DNA from: a virus
Lineage: Duplodnaviria; Caudoviricetes
IMG/VR virus record: IMGVR_UViG_3300045432_000021
Location: 1 to 61,263 of that record
DNA length: 61,263 bases
Strand: one strand, 5' to 3'
Shown here: one piece after another, positions 40,601 to 48,842 of the stretch
Numbering within the stretch: the first letter of the stretch is position 1
Layout of the letters: each line of letters begins with the position of its first letter
The notes under the pieces: model-generated
Databases searched by the model: none
Told to the model about the DNA's origin: nothing
Seen by the model: only the letters and a program-made list of their open reading frames with translations
Made by a program: the position numbers and the translations under genes

Positions 40601-41164
40601 GTAGGGAGTTTCGCCAACAGCGCGAAATCCATATTTCGTAGCTAAAGATGATATCTTATCTATAGCTTTACTAAACTTACCTGTTAATGATGCGTCTTTA
40701 TCAACAACTTTTGGGGTGACAACTGTGGCAGTATCTTTAGCAAATTTACCAACCTCTACAGTTCTACTAAAAATTTCAAATATAGACCTATACCTTTGCT
40801 TCTCTACTTCGGCAAGAGTACTGCTTAGTTTTTTTGGTTCAGATTTATCTTCCTTTGTAGAAGGTTTTTGCTTAGTATCTACAGTCTTTTTACTAAGCTC
40901 AGAATACTTTATTGCTGAATCATAAGTTTCGTCAGGCTTATCTTTAGACTGCTCTGCGTTACTTACTTTAAGTTCTTTTTCAATAGAACCCATTCTCTTG
41001 ATAATTATATCAAGAGCGTTACTAATATTCTCAATATATGAAGTTGGCTCTTGCTCAGGTATCTCTTCTTTCTTAATATATTTTGAAGAGGCAGAGTCTT
41101 TATCTGCTTGATTTATGTCTTCAAGTATTTTAACTATCGGAAAAATATCTGATTCTTCTGCCAC
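37634..41164 (-). CDS. tape measure protein
   Basis: 1176 aa, Ala/Lys/Ser-rich helical repeats and a Gly/Ala hydrophobic stretch; GTG start 5 nt after a late box; located between gp26-like and gp48-like genes. Confidence 0.7.
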   Translation of the reverse strand: MAEESDIFPIVKILEDINQADKDSASSKYIKKEEIPEQEPTSYIENISNALDIIIKRMGSIEKELKVSNAEQSKDKPDETYDSAIKYSELSKKTVDTKQKPSTKEDKSEPKKLSSTLAEVEKQRYRSIFEIFSRTVEVGKFAKDTATVVTPKVVDKDASLTGKFSKAIDKISSLATKYGFRAVGETPYDFKALEKTVKGQSLKVINYKPYERESNRILKADIVNKAEVKVQSVPPKSIAPSTTLNKIVNNFKEVIPKIISLPVANKAVDKAVDKAPKAAVVTPNNVTKTNNVTKTNNVTKTNNVTKTNNVTNKVKEILLKTVTLPAAINKAVDKVRDIDPKEAVEPVNSSRVKDIARSLKTFIVNNQTINKIIGKLPGTAKAVAEIDKNKAPETALAPIVGEVVNNKALTAPVNETKLVVSNTVTESEKQKYKIIFEILGSVLEIGKFSKGPEANRLKLDTTDNKVFSKTLPATAKDVTSKKLDSGSKPESRGTPIDIDSLLKGLIGLTLAYDLLNNNFSGIVQSLYRTVKSLGPLVSRTLSLFNRTVGPALSSIGTRIGAAASTIKDALKGKIDSIRKTLSNAASSISRVLDLESIFGKLKDKIKPVFDDVVSTLGQGLIKLKDKFKSALDDTITTLSQSINNGLTRIVEGAKGILSAATDKAAQLAKAGASAVASGASKAASAVTSVAGKGAELAKAGASAVRSGASKVMSSAQSALPSRANKVIDFIKSGAAAATSSVSKGASAVRSGASKAASAVVAGAGRAASAVKTAAIEPLKAYLAGVFSRASAELGGPRGVIKKLAKASKFVSTKLPIVGPLTELFFGRGQIEEYKKMRASNQIKSDDELYFLAGQRLSQGIAGLLGGAAGAAAANLFTGGAATLAGGLGTLAGGLLGDAVGRLGAKVVTDLLIKPEWTRAIGKLLVDSPIKEEELQDFLVKDNKVYKFNDKDEVLGMKAGGAINNLISSIIATKDKQYNVISSQFNNIKKIINELPIKASRQVDNIKKIIPELPNMFKNAKETTIKVVREASSAVSTRASKVVNNIKEIVPNINLKVNSMPATVKKTVDLASREVKDRVYSFKNKSEVLGKKAENSFNNLVSSITSTNDKQFSIATRQVKVLEEIREGIKALIAKETNNINNNYNNTTGGRKKETRPSLTPFNLRSEFDSMNNIATI
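38901..39165. repeat. three dispersed ~35-45 bp direct repeats in the tape measure gene
   Basis: TTACTAGCGCCTGA..CA.CTGCTGAGGCACC near 38904, 39036 and 39123 (protein GASAVRSGASK / GASAVASGASK). Confidence 0.85.
40230..40317. repeat. 18-bp tandem repeat, ~4.9 copies
   Basis: TTAGTAACATTATTAGTC x4 plus a 16-17 nt partial copy; encodes (NNVTKT)n on the minus strand. Confidence 0.95.
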
Positions 41165-41172
41165 ATATATAT

Positions 41173-41907
41173 TTAAGCTCTAGTCAAAAAGTCACCGTCA
41201 ATCGTTAATAGTGCTCCATCGCTAAATGTATATGATGTTTGCTCGTTCTTTCTGTACGACGCTATATACTCTGTTATTTTATTATTAATAGCAAGCGGCA
41301 CACTCTCTAAAAGTTTTTTCTTTTCCGCCGTTGTAATATCGCTGAAGTTAATAATACTGTCTTTTACAGAGATACTTTTAATAAACTTAATAATTTCATA
41401 AGATAGCATCGAACTAATAGTTTCTGATATTTTTGTATCATCAGAAACACTCTTTGAAATATCCTTAAAACAAGCTTCAGAAACCTCAATGTCTAATTTT
41501 AGAGTAGGTACTGTTAACAACACATCTACACCTTTATAGGAGACAGTATGACTATATTTAAAGTCTGTTACATTTTTTGTAAGCTCATCTAAGCTATATT
41601 CTTTTTCATCAATAGTAACAGTCTTACCAAAACTATGCTTTCTTAACTGTAAGAGAATCCACTCAGCATCATAAACAGTAAAATCAATCGACTCTAAACT
41701 ATTCTCAATAATAATTTTATTAAGAATAATTGCTAGTTTAATACTTCCAGTGACGCCATCAATGCTGCATTTTAAGATTTCATGATGCTGCTTTACGGAT
41801 AAAGGTTTAAATTTAACAACCTTATTTACTGATGGTACTAAAATATCTAGCGCTGAATCATCTTCAACGGTTTGTAATTCTTTTAAAATATTTAAAACTT
41901 CACTCAT
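41173..41907 (-). CDS. baseplate hub assembly protein, gp26-like
   Basis: VPSVNKVVKFKPLSVKQHHEILK...TVYDAEWILLQLRKHSFG. Confidence 0.75.
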   Translation of the reverse strand: MSEVLNILKELQTVEDDSALDILVPSVNKVVKFKPLSVKQHHEILKCSIDGVTGSIKLAIILNKIIIENSLESIDFTVYDAEWILLQLRKHSFGKTVTIDEKEYSLDELTKNVTDFKYSHTVSYKGVDVLLTVPTLKLDIEVSEACFKDISKSVSDDTKISETISSMLSYEIIKFIKSISVKDSIINFSDITTAEKKKLLESVPLAINNKITEYIASYRKNEQTSYTFSDGALLTIDGDFLTRA

Positions 41908-41911
41908 ATGA

Positions 41912-42739
41912 TTATTGTATTTGCTGCTGTTGGTTTTTCAACTCTTTATTTTCTTTTTCAACTTCTTTATTGTGTATATTAAGCATAATTCTCGTTTCAA
42001 CTGGTGATAAACTATTGTGAAATTCTGGGTCTGCGCTTATCTTTGTAACATAACCATAAAGTGTCTCAAAGTAGTCAATCAAGTTGTGAGAGTAAAGAGA
42101 GCACACAAATAACATAGGGCTATTAGATAGTAAGTCTATACTATACTGTTGTATATTAAATTCTTCGTTACCATCTATTAAAATAATATCATCTACATTT
42201 TTTAATACTCTTTCAATATAATTTTGTATCTTTATAGCTACCTTTAAAGGCAGACTTTTAATTATATTATCACGCTCGCAATTTGGTAACTTATTAAAGT
42301 CTATATTTATATCCTTTATTTGTATAGATTTAATAACATTTTTAATTTTATCGTTTTCATCCTCGTAATATAGCGTTGTAGGTAACCCAACATTAACTGT
42401 AACGCTACCCACTACTATATTTTCATTATAATTTCTAGTAATTCCCTCAATTTTTCCTAAAATGAGCTCTAAACTAAATGTTAAATTCTTACCATCATCT
42501 GAAGTAAATATAATACTATCACTTATAAAAATCATTCTATAACAAACCAATAGATACAGTCTATCTATTATATCTAGATCTGCTGGAATATTTAAAAACT
42601 GTATAAAGAAATTATTAATTCCTTCTAGATCTCTATTCTCACAATATTTTATAAGAGTTAAGTATAACTTGTTTGGTAACTCTGGTACACGAACACTTAA
42701 ACCACTTGGTAGAGTGATCGGTATTGAAAATTGAAGCAT
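41912..42739 (-). CDS. second gp26-like protein with gp51-like C-terminus
   Basis: N-terminal TLPSGLSVRV...LDIIDRLYLLVCYR; C-terminal LIDYFETLY...LSPVETRIMLNIHNKEVEKEN resembles gp51. Confidence 0.55.
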   Translation of the reverse strand: MLQFSIPITLPSGLSVRVPELPNKLYLTLIKYCENRDLEGINNFFIQFLNIPADLDIIDRLYLLVCYRMIFISDSIIFTSDDGKNLTFSLELILGKIEGITRNYNENIVVGSVTVNVGLPTTLYYEDENDKIKNVIKSIQIKDINIDFNKLPNCERDNIIKSLPLKVAIKIQNYIERVLKNVDDIILIDGNEEFNIQQYSIDLLSNSPMLFVCSLYSHNLIDYFETLYGYVTKISADPEFHNSLSPVETRIMLNIHNKEVEKENKELKNQQQQIQ

Positions 42740-42753
42740 ATCTAATTTATAGT

Positions 42754-43473
42754 CTACTTATTAGATATCCATGTATCAGGAGTACTAACAGCGTAATGTG
42801 AGAATGCAAAAGATACTGTCTTCTTCCAATCACCCTCTGTTAACTCTCCATAACTCACTTCATCACCTCCAACGTTAAAAGGTACAGCGTTATAAAAATC
42901 AATCTGTTTACGAGGCTCAAGCTTACCAGCTGACTCTCCGTTATAAGAGCTTTTATCTTTTGTATATAAAACAACAGTTATATTACACTTAATATCCTCT
43001 TCACCATTTTCATCTTCAATTAAGCCTCTGTGAGAGCTAGCAATAATCCAGGGCTTTATAAAATAATCCACTATATCAATATTTGTCTCAAGAAAGGTTA
43101 TATCTATCTTATTAGAACTGCCATAAGGATTTCTCTCATTACCTATATAACCTTGAATAAAGCCTCCCATATTGCCGATACTCTGAGTAGATATACCGAA
43201 TGACTCGTTTGGAAAGGCTATATTTTGAGCTACTAATAACCCAAAATTATTAGTACTCTCACTTTGCTCCGCTAACTGCGTAGTATTTATTCTCCACGAG
43301 TTAGGGGATGATCTTTCGTACTTTGAGAGTACTCTATTTATATTCCTACCTATATCTACAAGAGTTCTAGTCCCTCGAGCTGTAAAATTTACCGTCCAAA
43401 GAAACTTTAACGGTAAATCATTCTTCCAGTCTCGAAATAAATTTAATCTAGAACTTGTAGGAGATGCGGCCAC
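42754..43473 (-). CDS. tail tube-like protein, gp54-like
   Basis: AQNIAFPNE...IDITFLET...FYNAVPFNVG...VSFAFSHY tube fold; GTG start. Confidence 0.65.
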   Translation of the reverse strand: MAASPTSSRLNLFRDWKNDLPLKFLWTVNFTARGTRTLVDIGRNINRVLSKYERSSPNSWRINTTQLAEQSESTNNFGLLVAQNIAFPNESFGISTQSIGNMGGFIQGYIGNERNPYGSSNKIDITFLETNIDIVDYFIKPWIIASSHRGLIEDENGEEDIKCNITVVLYTKDKSSYNGESAGKLEPRKQIDFYNAVPFNVGGDEVSYGELTEGDWKKTVSFAFSHYAVSTPDTWISNK

Positions 43474-44040
43474 TTATCGTTGTGTTGGACCTCCAAAGCC
43501 AGCCTCTGTTGAAGTATAGAAGTGATATGCAATTGTTACACCTATATCAACAGTCGCTCCGACACCGGCTGACATATTATACTCGATATTACTTATAGTA
43601 CGTATTGACGCTCCATGTAATTTATATTCAGTGATTGGATCTAAGTTTTTACTGAGTTGTGATAAGAGAATATAGGAGTCGCTATTAGGAGTTTTATAGG
43701 CTCCCGTCGAAGTTACATCATTGAATATATTACGTGAACCACTTTCAAAATAGCTCCTTAACAAACTTTTCTCATCAAGGAAAAATGTTAAATTATAAGC
43801 ATCAGAACCGGGATATGTAACACTACCTGGCACATTGAATGGCAGTCCCATATATGGGACTGGAACGTTACCAATAGCCCGTCCTGGTAAGGCAGCTGCC
43901 TTAGCGTAAACAAGGTCATCGGGTTCTAGTCCATTTAGACCTTCTAGTTGAATTCCAGTCACACGAAAAAGGAAGTCACGTGAAAAGTCTCTATCAGTAG
44001 CTACTTTGTAAAATTTTTGAATGTCTTGTGATATAGGCAT
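43474..44040 (-). CDS. tail tube protein, T4 gp19-like
   Basis: FSRDFLFRV, AKAAALPGRAIGNVPVPYMG...PG, VTIAYHFY; immediately downstream of the sheath gene. Confidence 0.85.
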   Translation of the reverse strand: MPISQDIQKFYKVATDRDFSRDFLFRVTGIQLEGLNGLEPDDLVYAKAAALPGRAIGNVPVPYMGLPFNVPGSVTYPGSDAYNLTFFLDEKSLLRSYFESGSRNIFNDVTSTGAYKTPNSDSYILLSQLSKNLDPITEYKLHGASIRTISNIEYNMSAGVGATVDIGVTIAYHFYTSTEAGFGGPTQR

Positions 44041-44045
44041 ACTAT

Positions 44046-44053
44046 TATTTATA
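44046..44053 (-). promoter_or_regulatory. T4-type late promoter (tail tube)
   Basis: TATAAATA on the minus strand, 5 nt before the ATG at 44040. Confidence 0.75.
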
Positions 44054-44073
44054 TCTCAACGGGTATTTTTTAC

Positions 44074-44109
44074 AAAAAAATAGCAGCATTATATAATGCT
44101 GCTATTTTT
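44074..44109. terminator. rho-independent terminator, possibly bidirectional, after the sheath gene
   Basis: Palindrome AAAAATAGCAGCATTAT|ATAATGCTGCTATTTTT with a T-tract on both strands. Confidence 0.85.
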
Positions 44110-44128
44110 CATTTTATGTGATTATGTA

Positions 44129-46489
44129 TTAGCTACCAGCTAATTCTTCAAAATTAGCATCTGTTCTTGTAGCGTAGAAGTTAACTCTAATAAACTCTGC
44201 TGTTCTGGCAGGTTTTAAGTAGATGTCTACAATTAACTCGTTATTGTCAATAACTTCTGGTGTATTGTTTCTTTCATCGCAGACGATTAAGAAGTCATAT
44301 AAACCGTCAGCAGCTTTAACTCTCTCAAAGTAAGGAATTAAGGTATTAAGTACGCGTGAGCGAGTGAATACAGTGTTATTCTCGAATACGAAGAAATTCA
44401 TTACTGATTTAGTAGCTTTTTCTAGGTATAGGAATGTTCTGCGAACATTAACTCTATCGAATGCACTTGGCTTTCTTAGAAGAGTCTTTTGACCGAATAC
44501 AACAATGCCTTGATCAGCGAAAGTAGCAATCGGATTTAGATTAATTTGATATAAGCTATCGCGTTGATGTTGATTAGGAGCAATAGCTACGTCAACAGCA
44601 TTAGTAATAACACCTCTATTAAGACCTGCTGGTGCATTCCATGGCCCAACTTCAGAATCAGTTGATACCATTTTAGCAGCGACGAAGCCGGATGGCGGTA
44701 CGTAAACAAATACTCCACTTGCATTATCTAATACTTTCAAGTAGTTAGCGTAGACTGCAGCGTACGATGTGTTGACTAATTCAAACTGATGTCGTAGAGC
44801 CCAGTAAACATCTCTTGTGAAGATTTTAGTCTTATCGGATAATATCTTGGTCTCCTTACCTGTGACTAAGATCTGTCTTAATGGATCTGCTATGAATATC
44901 ATATCACCTCGGCCACCGTCTTTAGGTGGCCCAGCAAAGATAGCAAATTTATTAAACACTGAAGTGTAAAAGTCACGTGCAGTAGTAACGCCTAAATCTG
45001 ATGCTGTGCGTAAGCTATTGATAGCTGCTACAGAATCGGTATCGTTGAAAGAATTAATACCATTACTTCTTGTAGTAGTATATATAGTGCCGAGACCACC
45101 TTCTACAAGAATATCAATATTATAAATTTCTGCGTTACGTACACCTTCAAGAGCTCTATCTACTTTATCCGGAACTTCACCAATGATTTTACCTACGTTA
45201 TTACCGTCGGTATAAGCTCCAAGAGGGAATAGAGCATCTGTAGAACCCATTGCAGCTACCATGCCATTAAGTTGAGTAGCTGATGCGCCAACAACGGCGG
45301 CATTAGCGGCATTAGCGGCAGCAAATGATGTAAGTTGTTGGGAAAGTACTCTGATCTTTTTCTTTGGAGTTCCGTCTGGATTAAGAGGTACAACAGAATT
45401 TAGATTAGATATATACGGGTTAACTAAGATTTCAATATTACGTGAACCGGCTTCAACGTTTTCTAAGAAGAAGTTGGTTGGAGGCCCATCGTTATCAGGA
45501 CGAGTACGATTAAATCCAATAGATCCGTTATAAGCTTCTTCGAAGACATAATTTAGAGCATTATTATCTACACCATTAGAGAATACAGACTGACGTAATT
45601 TAAATACCCCGAGATTAATAGTATCATCAAAGAATCTGGAATTGATATCGTATGGTACAACTTTCTCTTCTAATATTTGAGATATGCTATTCTGTATATT
45701 GCCAGGATCAGCAGAAAGAGTAAAATCTAAGCGAGTTGAAGGAATTTTTGTAAGTGCTGCTTTACCTATGCCGCCAAGGCCTCCTGATAATGAAGTTGTA
45801 TATACTTCAAGTATTGAGTTATATGCACTAGCAGGATTAACTGCAGTGTTGTCTACAACACCTATATAGTAACCATGACCTTGATTGTTAATAGTTGATT
45901 GTCCTTTATTAACTACAAGGAAAGCAGCTCCTGCAAAGAAGGCAGCTGGTGTATTAAGGGCAGAAGGTGCAGCAAATGCACTTGAAGCGTCACTCCATGT
46001 AAAGAGAGAACCATCAAGAAGCTTGCCATACTCAGTCTGAGTTAATGTAAACTGACGAGGCGCTCCAACGAAGTAGTTAAGATTACTTGAAAGAGTGTTG
46101 CTGTCGGTGTAGGAGCTGCCACCTGATAGAACTGTAAAATTGGATCCTTCTGTTTTTGTAACAGCGGCAGGGTAAGCCAAGACCGAAATATAAGAACCGA
46201 ACCCGTCACCGGTTGTAGGTCCATATGGCAATCTATTAACTAAAAGTCTAGATTGAGGACCAGCACAAGCCTTTACAGTGTGGTAAAAATATCTTTCAGC
46301 TGGTGTCTTAGGTAAGCCATATATACCTTCGAATTCTTCGATGCTGGATACTTGAACAATTTCATCAACTGGGCCTTGATCACTAAAGCCTGTGGCGTAT
46401 ATTGTGGTGCTTGGTGGTGTAGGTACTCTAGCGGAGAGATCTTTTTCAATTATCTCCACGCCGGGCGATTGTATTATTCGTTTTGACAT
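44129..46489 (-). CDS. tail sheath protein, T4 gp18-like
   Basis: SPGVEIIEKDLS, GPVDE, PWNAPAGLNRG, FGQKTL...SAFDRVNVRR, DERNNTPEVIDNN, IYLKPARTAEFI. Confidence 0.96.
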   Translation of the reverse strand: MSKRIIQSPGVEIIEKDLSARVPTPPSTTIYATGFSDQGPVDEIVQVSSIEEFEGIYGLPKTPAERYFYHTVKACAGPQSRLLVNRLPYGPTTGDGFGSYISVLAYPAAVTKTEGSNFTVLSGGSSYTDSNTLSSNLNYFVGAPRQFTLTQTEYGKLLDGSLFTWSDASSAFAAPSALNTPAAFFAGAAFLVVNKGQSTINNQGHGYYIGVVDNTAVNPASAYNSILEVYTTSLSGGLGGIGKAALTKIPSTRLDFTLSADPGNIQNSISQILEEKVVPYDINSRFFDDTINLGVFKLRQSVFSNGVDNNALNYVFEEAYNGSIGFNRTRPDNDGPPTNFFLENVEAGSRNIEILVNPYISNLNSVVPLNPDGTPKKKIRVLSQQLTSFAAANAANAAVVGASATQLNGMVAAMGSTDALFPLGAYTDGNNVGKIIGEVPDKVDRALEGVRNAEIYNIDILVEGGLGTIYTTTRSNGINSFNDTDSVAAINSLRTASDLGVTTARDFYTSVFNKFAIFAGPPKDGGRGDMIFIADPLRQILVTGKETKILSDKTKIFTRDVYWALRHQFELVNTSYAAVYANYLKVLDNASGVFVYVPPSGFVAAKMVSTDSEVGPWNAPAGLNRGVITNAVDVAIAPNQHQRDSLYQINLNPIATFADQGIVVFGQKTLLRKPSAFDRVNVRRTFLYLEKATKSVMNFFVFENNTVFTRSRVLNTLIPYFERVKAADGLYDFLIVCDERNNTPEVIDNNELIVDIYLKPARTAEFIRVNFYATRTDANFEELAGS

Positions 46490-46494
46490 ACAAA

Positions 46495-46502
46495 TATTTA
46501 TA
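46495..46502 (-). promoter_or_regulatory. T4-type late promoter (sheath)
   Basis: TATAAATA on the minus strand, 5 nt before the ATG at 46489. Confidence 0.75.
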
Positions 46503-46525
46503 GTTTTGCTGCCCTTTTTTTAATT

Positions 46526-47104
46526 TTATGTATTTAAAAGTTCGGTATGTAACTGAGAGTAGACGAATGTAAATGACGATTGTATCTCTAACCCGTCTCT
46601 ATAGTTGTATGTTATACCACCAATGGCTGTTGGAAAAGCTTTTGTGTAGGTAAATTTAATTCTATTATTTTCAAATTCATCTAACCCATAGATAGATATA
46701 TTGGATTGATAGTCAAGAAATACATCATCATCTATAAGATTAGTTTTATCAAAGGTACCAGATTTTTCGTCGTGTAATAGATTTAACCACTTGTATATAA
46801 CCCAGTAGTTATTATATTCATTATCTATAGTAAAATTAACAGTTACAGGAGGATATGGACTTTTAGAATGAGATGAATTATAAAGTGTACTACCGGTATA
46901 TCTTATCTCTAAAGCCGGTACAACAATCTCTGGTACAATTGTTCCGTACACGGATAACTGCATTGAGTCTTCCTTTATAGTGGAATTTGATCTTTCATGC
47001 TTTTTGTTTATTTTACGTAGAGCAGCAGGTATGTTAAATACCATGCGAAATTTATCTGCACGAGACTTGTTAAGTGTTGACTGCTGGTAAAAGTTAGAAG
47101 ACAT
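46526..47104 (-). CDS. tail completion / tube terminator protein, T4 gp3-like
   Basis: VTVNFTIDNEYNNYWVIYKWL...FTYTKAFPTAIGGITY; ATG at 47104 is preferred as start. Confidence 0.7.
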   Translation of the reverse strand: MSSNFYQQSTLNKSRADKFRMVFNIPAALRKINKKHERSNSTIKEDSMQLSVYGTIVPEIVVPALEIRYTGSTLYNSSHSKSPYPPVTVNFTIDNEYNNYWVIYKWLNLLHDEKSGTFDKTNLIDDDVFLDYQSNISIYGLDEFENNRIKFTYTKAFPTAIGGITYNYRDGLEIQSSFTFVYSQLHTELLNT

Positions 47105-47118
47105 ATTTATATTTAGAA

Positions 47119-48825
47119 TTAACCTAGTTGAACCCAACCAGTTGATAGTAGATCATCTAAGTCACTTGTGTCTTCTGTATCTTCCATACCGAACACTACA
47201 GCTCCAAGGCCAGCAGTACTACTACCTGCAATCTCGTTATCCAGATATATAGAGGTAGGGTCTTCAAACATCTTTAAGCCAAAATCCATAGGTTCTATAG
47301 CAGATGGTTTACCATAAGCGTCTAGCTCTAATATATCAAAAAATCTTTCAGTTATTTCTTTCTCGAGAATAAACAGAGCATATATCAAGGACATTACTCG
47401 ATCGTCATGAGTTGTACCTCTTGCTTTCCATACACCATTAGGATGTCTAACAAAGTCTTTTAACTCTTTAAGTGTATCTATATCTTTAAATTCAACGCTT
47501 CTCACTTCATTTACAAAATATCTCATATTCATAACACCTTTGTATTTGGTGTTAGTATGAGCAATCATACCCATTTGAGTTTTATCTCGATTAGCAACTT
47601 TTGCACCATATGAAACCACCTTCTCATAACCTATGTCATAAACTAATCTATCTACAACCTGAGCGCCACAATTATTACGCTCAATTAAAGCCAGAGGACT
47701 ACCCCAGTTTCTTAAGATAGAATGTAACTTATTTGTAAATTCGAGAGGTGCTATCATTCTATTATGATATACAGCTACTTGCTTAATAGCTTTTAAATCA
47801 GTTATATCAAGTATCTGTATTACACTAGCATCAATACCAACACCTTCTGAAATATCAACACCTACTACATATAATTTATCTGGATCTGGTTCTTCCCATA
47901 TTCTATAATGACCTTCGTCTAGAATGATCTTTGGATCACAGCATGATTGAGATAGATCGTAAAATAGACCTTCATCAATAGATGAGTCACCAGTTGATAA
48001 AAATTGACACTCAAACTCTTGAAGAAAAGACTCCATACTACCAAGCGCCTTTACCTGTTCCTGCTTCCAGTTTTCATCTCTACCTGGTACATCTGACCAT
48101 ATAACTCTCTCATAAACAAACCCGTTATCTCCTTTCTCAGCTCCGTCATATAGTCTATGAAATAGATTACCAGTACCGTTAGGGGTAGATGCTATTAGCA
48201 CTTTAGACTTTTTAGAGCGTGAAATGGTTGGAAACACCGATCTCCAAAAGTCCTCTAAGATAGACTGAGGTTCTACGAAGCCCATTTCGTCAACAATTAG
48301 ACAGTTAATAGAAGCGCCTCGAGCAGCAGATCCAGTTGTAGTGCTAATACCGATACGGGAACCGTTTTCAAATTCGCAAGATGTCTTACCGTATTCTTTA
48401 ACACCAGGCTTTAACCAGTTTGGTAACTCTTCATATGCTAGCCTAACTCTTCTAAAGATTTCAATTGCAGTCGCTTCTTTATTTGCTACTATAATAATAT
48501 TCTGATAGTCATTAAAGCAAGCAACCCATAAAGCGTAAATTGATAGCATGGTTGTCTTACCTACCTGTCGTGACGCTAATAAGATAACATTTCTATTGTC
48601 TCTTAGAGTACGTAGCATTTTTTTCTGAAAAGGAAATAGTTCGATTACAACCTTACCTTCATCAGGATCGATAATATAGAAAAAGTTCTCTGCAAAGTGT
48701 AAGAGATTAGCCTTACTCTTTTTGAGATGGTGTACCATGTCCTTTGTATATTCACCTTTCCAGTGTTTGTTAGGTAAATTAGGATTTCCTAAATAGTATT
48801 CATTTTTAGTAATATTAGAGGACAT
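47119..48825 (-). CDS. terminase large subunit, T4 gp17-like
   Basis: YLGNPNL, LFPFQK, SRQVGKTT, LIVDEMGF, STPNG, QEFECQF, GVDISEG, HDDRVMSL. Confidence 0.97.
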   Translation of the reverse strand: MSSNITKNEYYLGNPNLPNKHWKGEYTKDMVHHLKKSKANLLHFAENFFYIIDPDEGKVVIELFPFQKKMLRTLRDNRNVILLASRQVGKTTMLSIYALWVACFNDYQNIIIVANKEATAIEIFRRVRLAYEELPNWLKPGVKEYGKTSCEFENGSRIGISTTTGSAARGASINCLIVDEMGFVEPQSILEDFWRSVFPTISRSKKSKVLIASTPNGTGNLFHRLYDGAEKGDNGFVYERVIWSDVPGRDENWKQEQVKALGSMESFLQEFECQFLSTGDSSIDEGLFYDLSQSCCDPKIILDEGHYRIWEEPDPDKLYVVGVDISEGVGIDASVIQILDITDLKAIKQVAVYHNRMIAPLEFTNKLHSILRNWGSPLALIERNNCGAQVVDRLVYDIGYEKVVSYGAKVANRDKTQMGMIAHTNTKYKGVMNMRYFVNEVRSVEFKDIDTLKELKDFVRHPNGVWKARGTTHDDRVMSLIYALFILEKEITERFFDILELDAYGKPSAIEPMDFGLKMFEDPTSIYLDNEIAGSSTAGLGAVVFGMEDTEDTSDLDDLLSTGWVQLG

Positions 48826-48829
48826 TTTG

Positions 48830-48837
48830 TATAAATA
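48830..48837 (+). promoter_or_regulatory. T4-type late promoter
   Basis: TATAAATA, 5 nt before ATG 48843. Confidence 0.75.
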
Positions 48838-48842
48838 GTTAT

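Noticed and set aside
37752-40925. Long plus-strand ORFs (e.g. 37752..38594, 38742..39248)
   Set aside because: Antisense shadows of the tape measure gene caused by codon bias; no promoter motif or recognisable domains.
47119-48825. Intein or intron in terminase or other core genes
   Set aside because: Lengths are normal, motifs are contiguous, and no splicing or homing-endonuclease motifs were seen.
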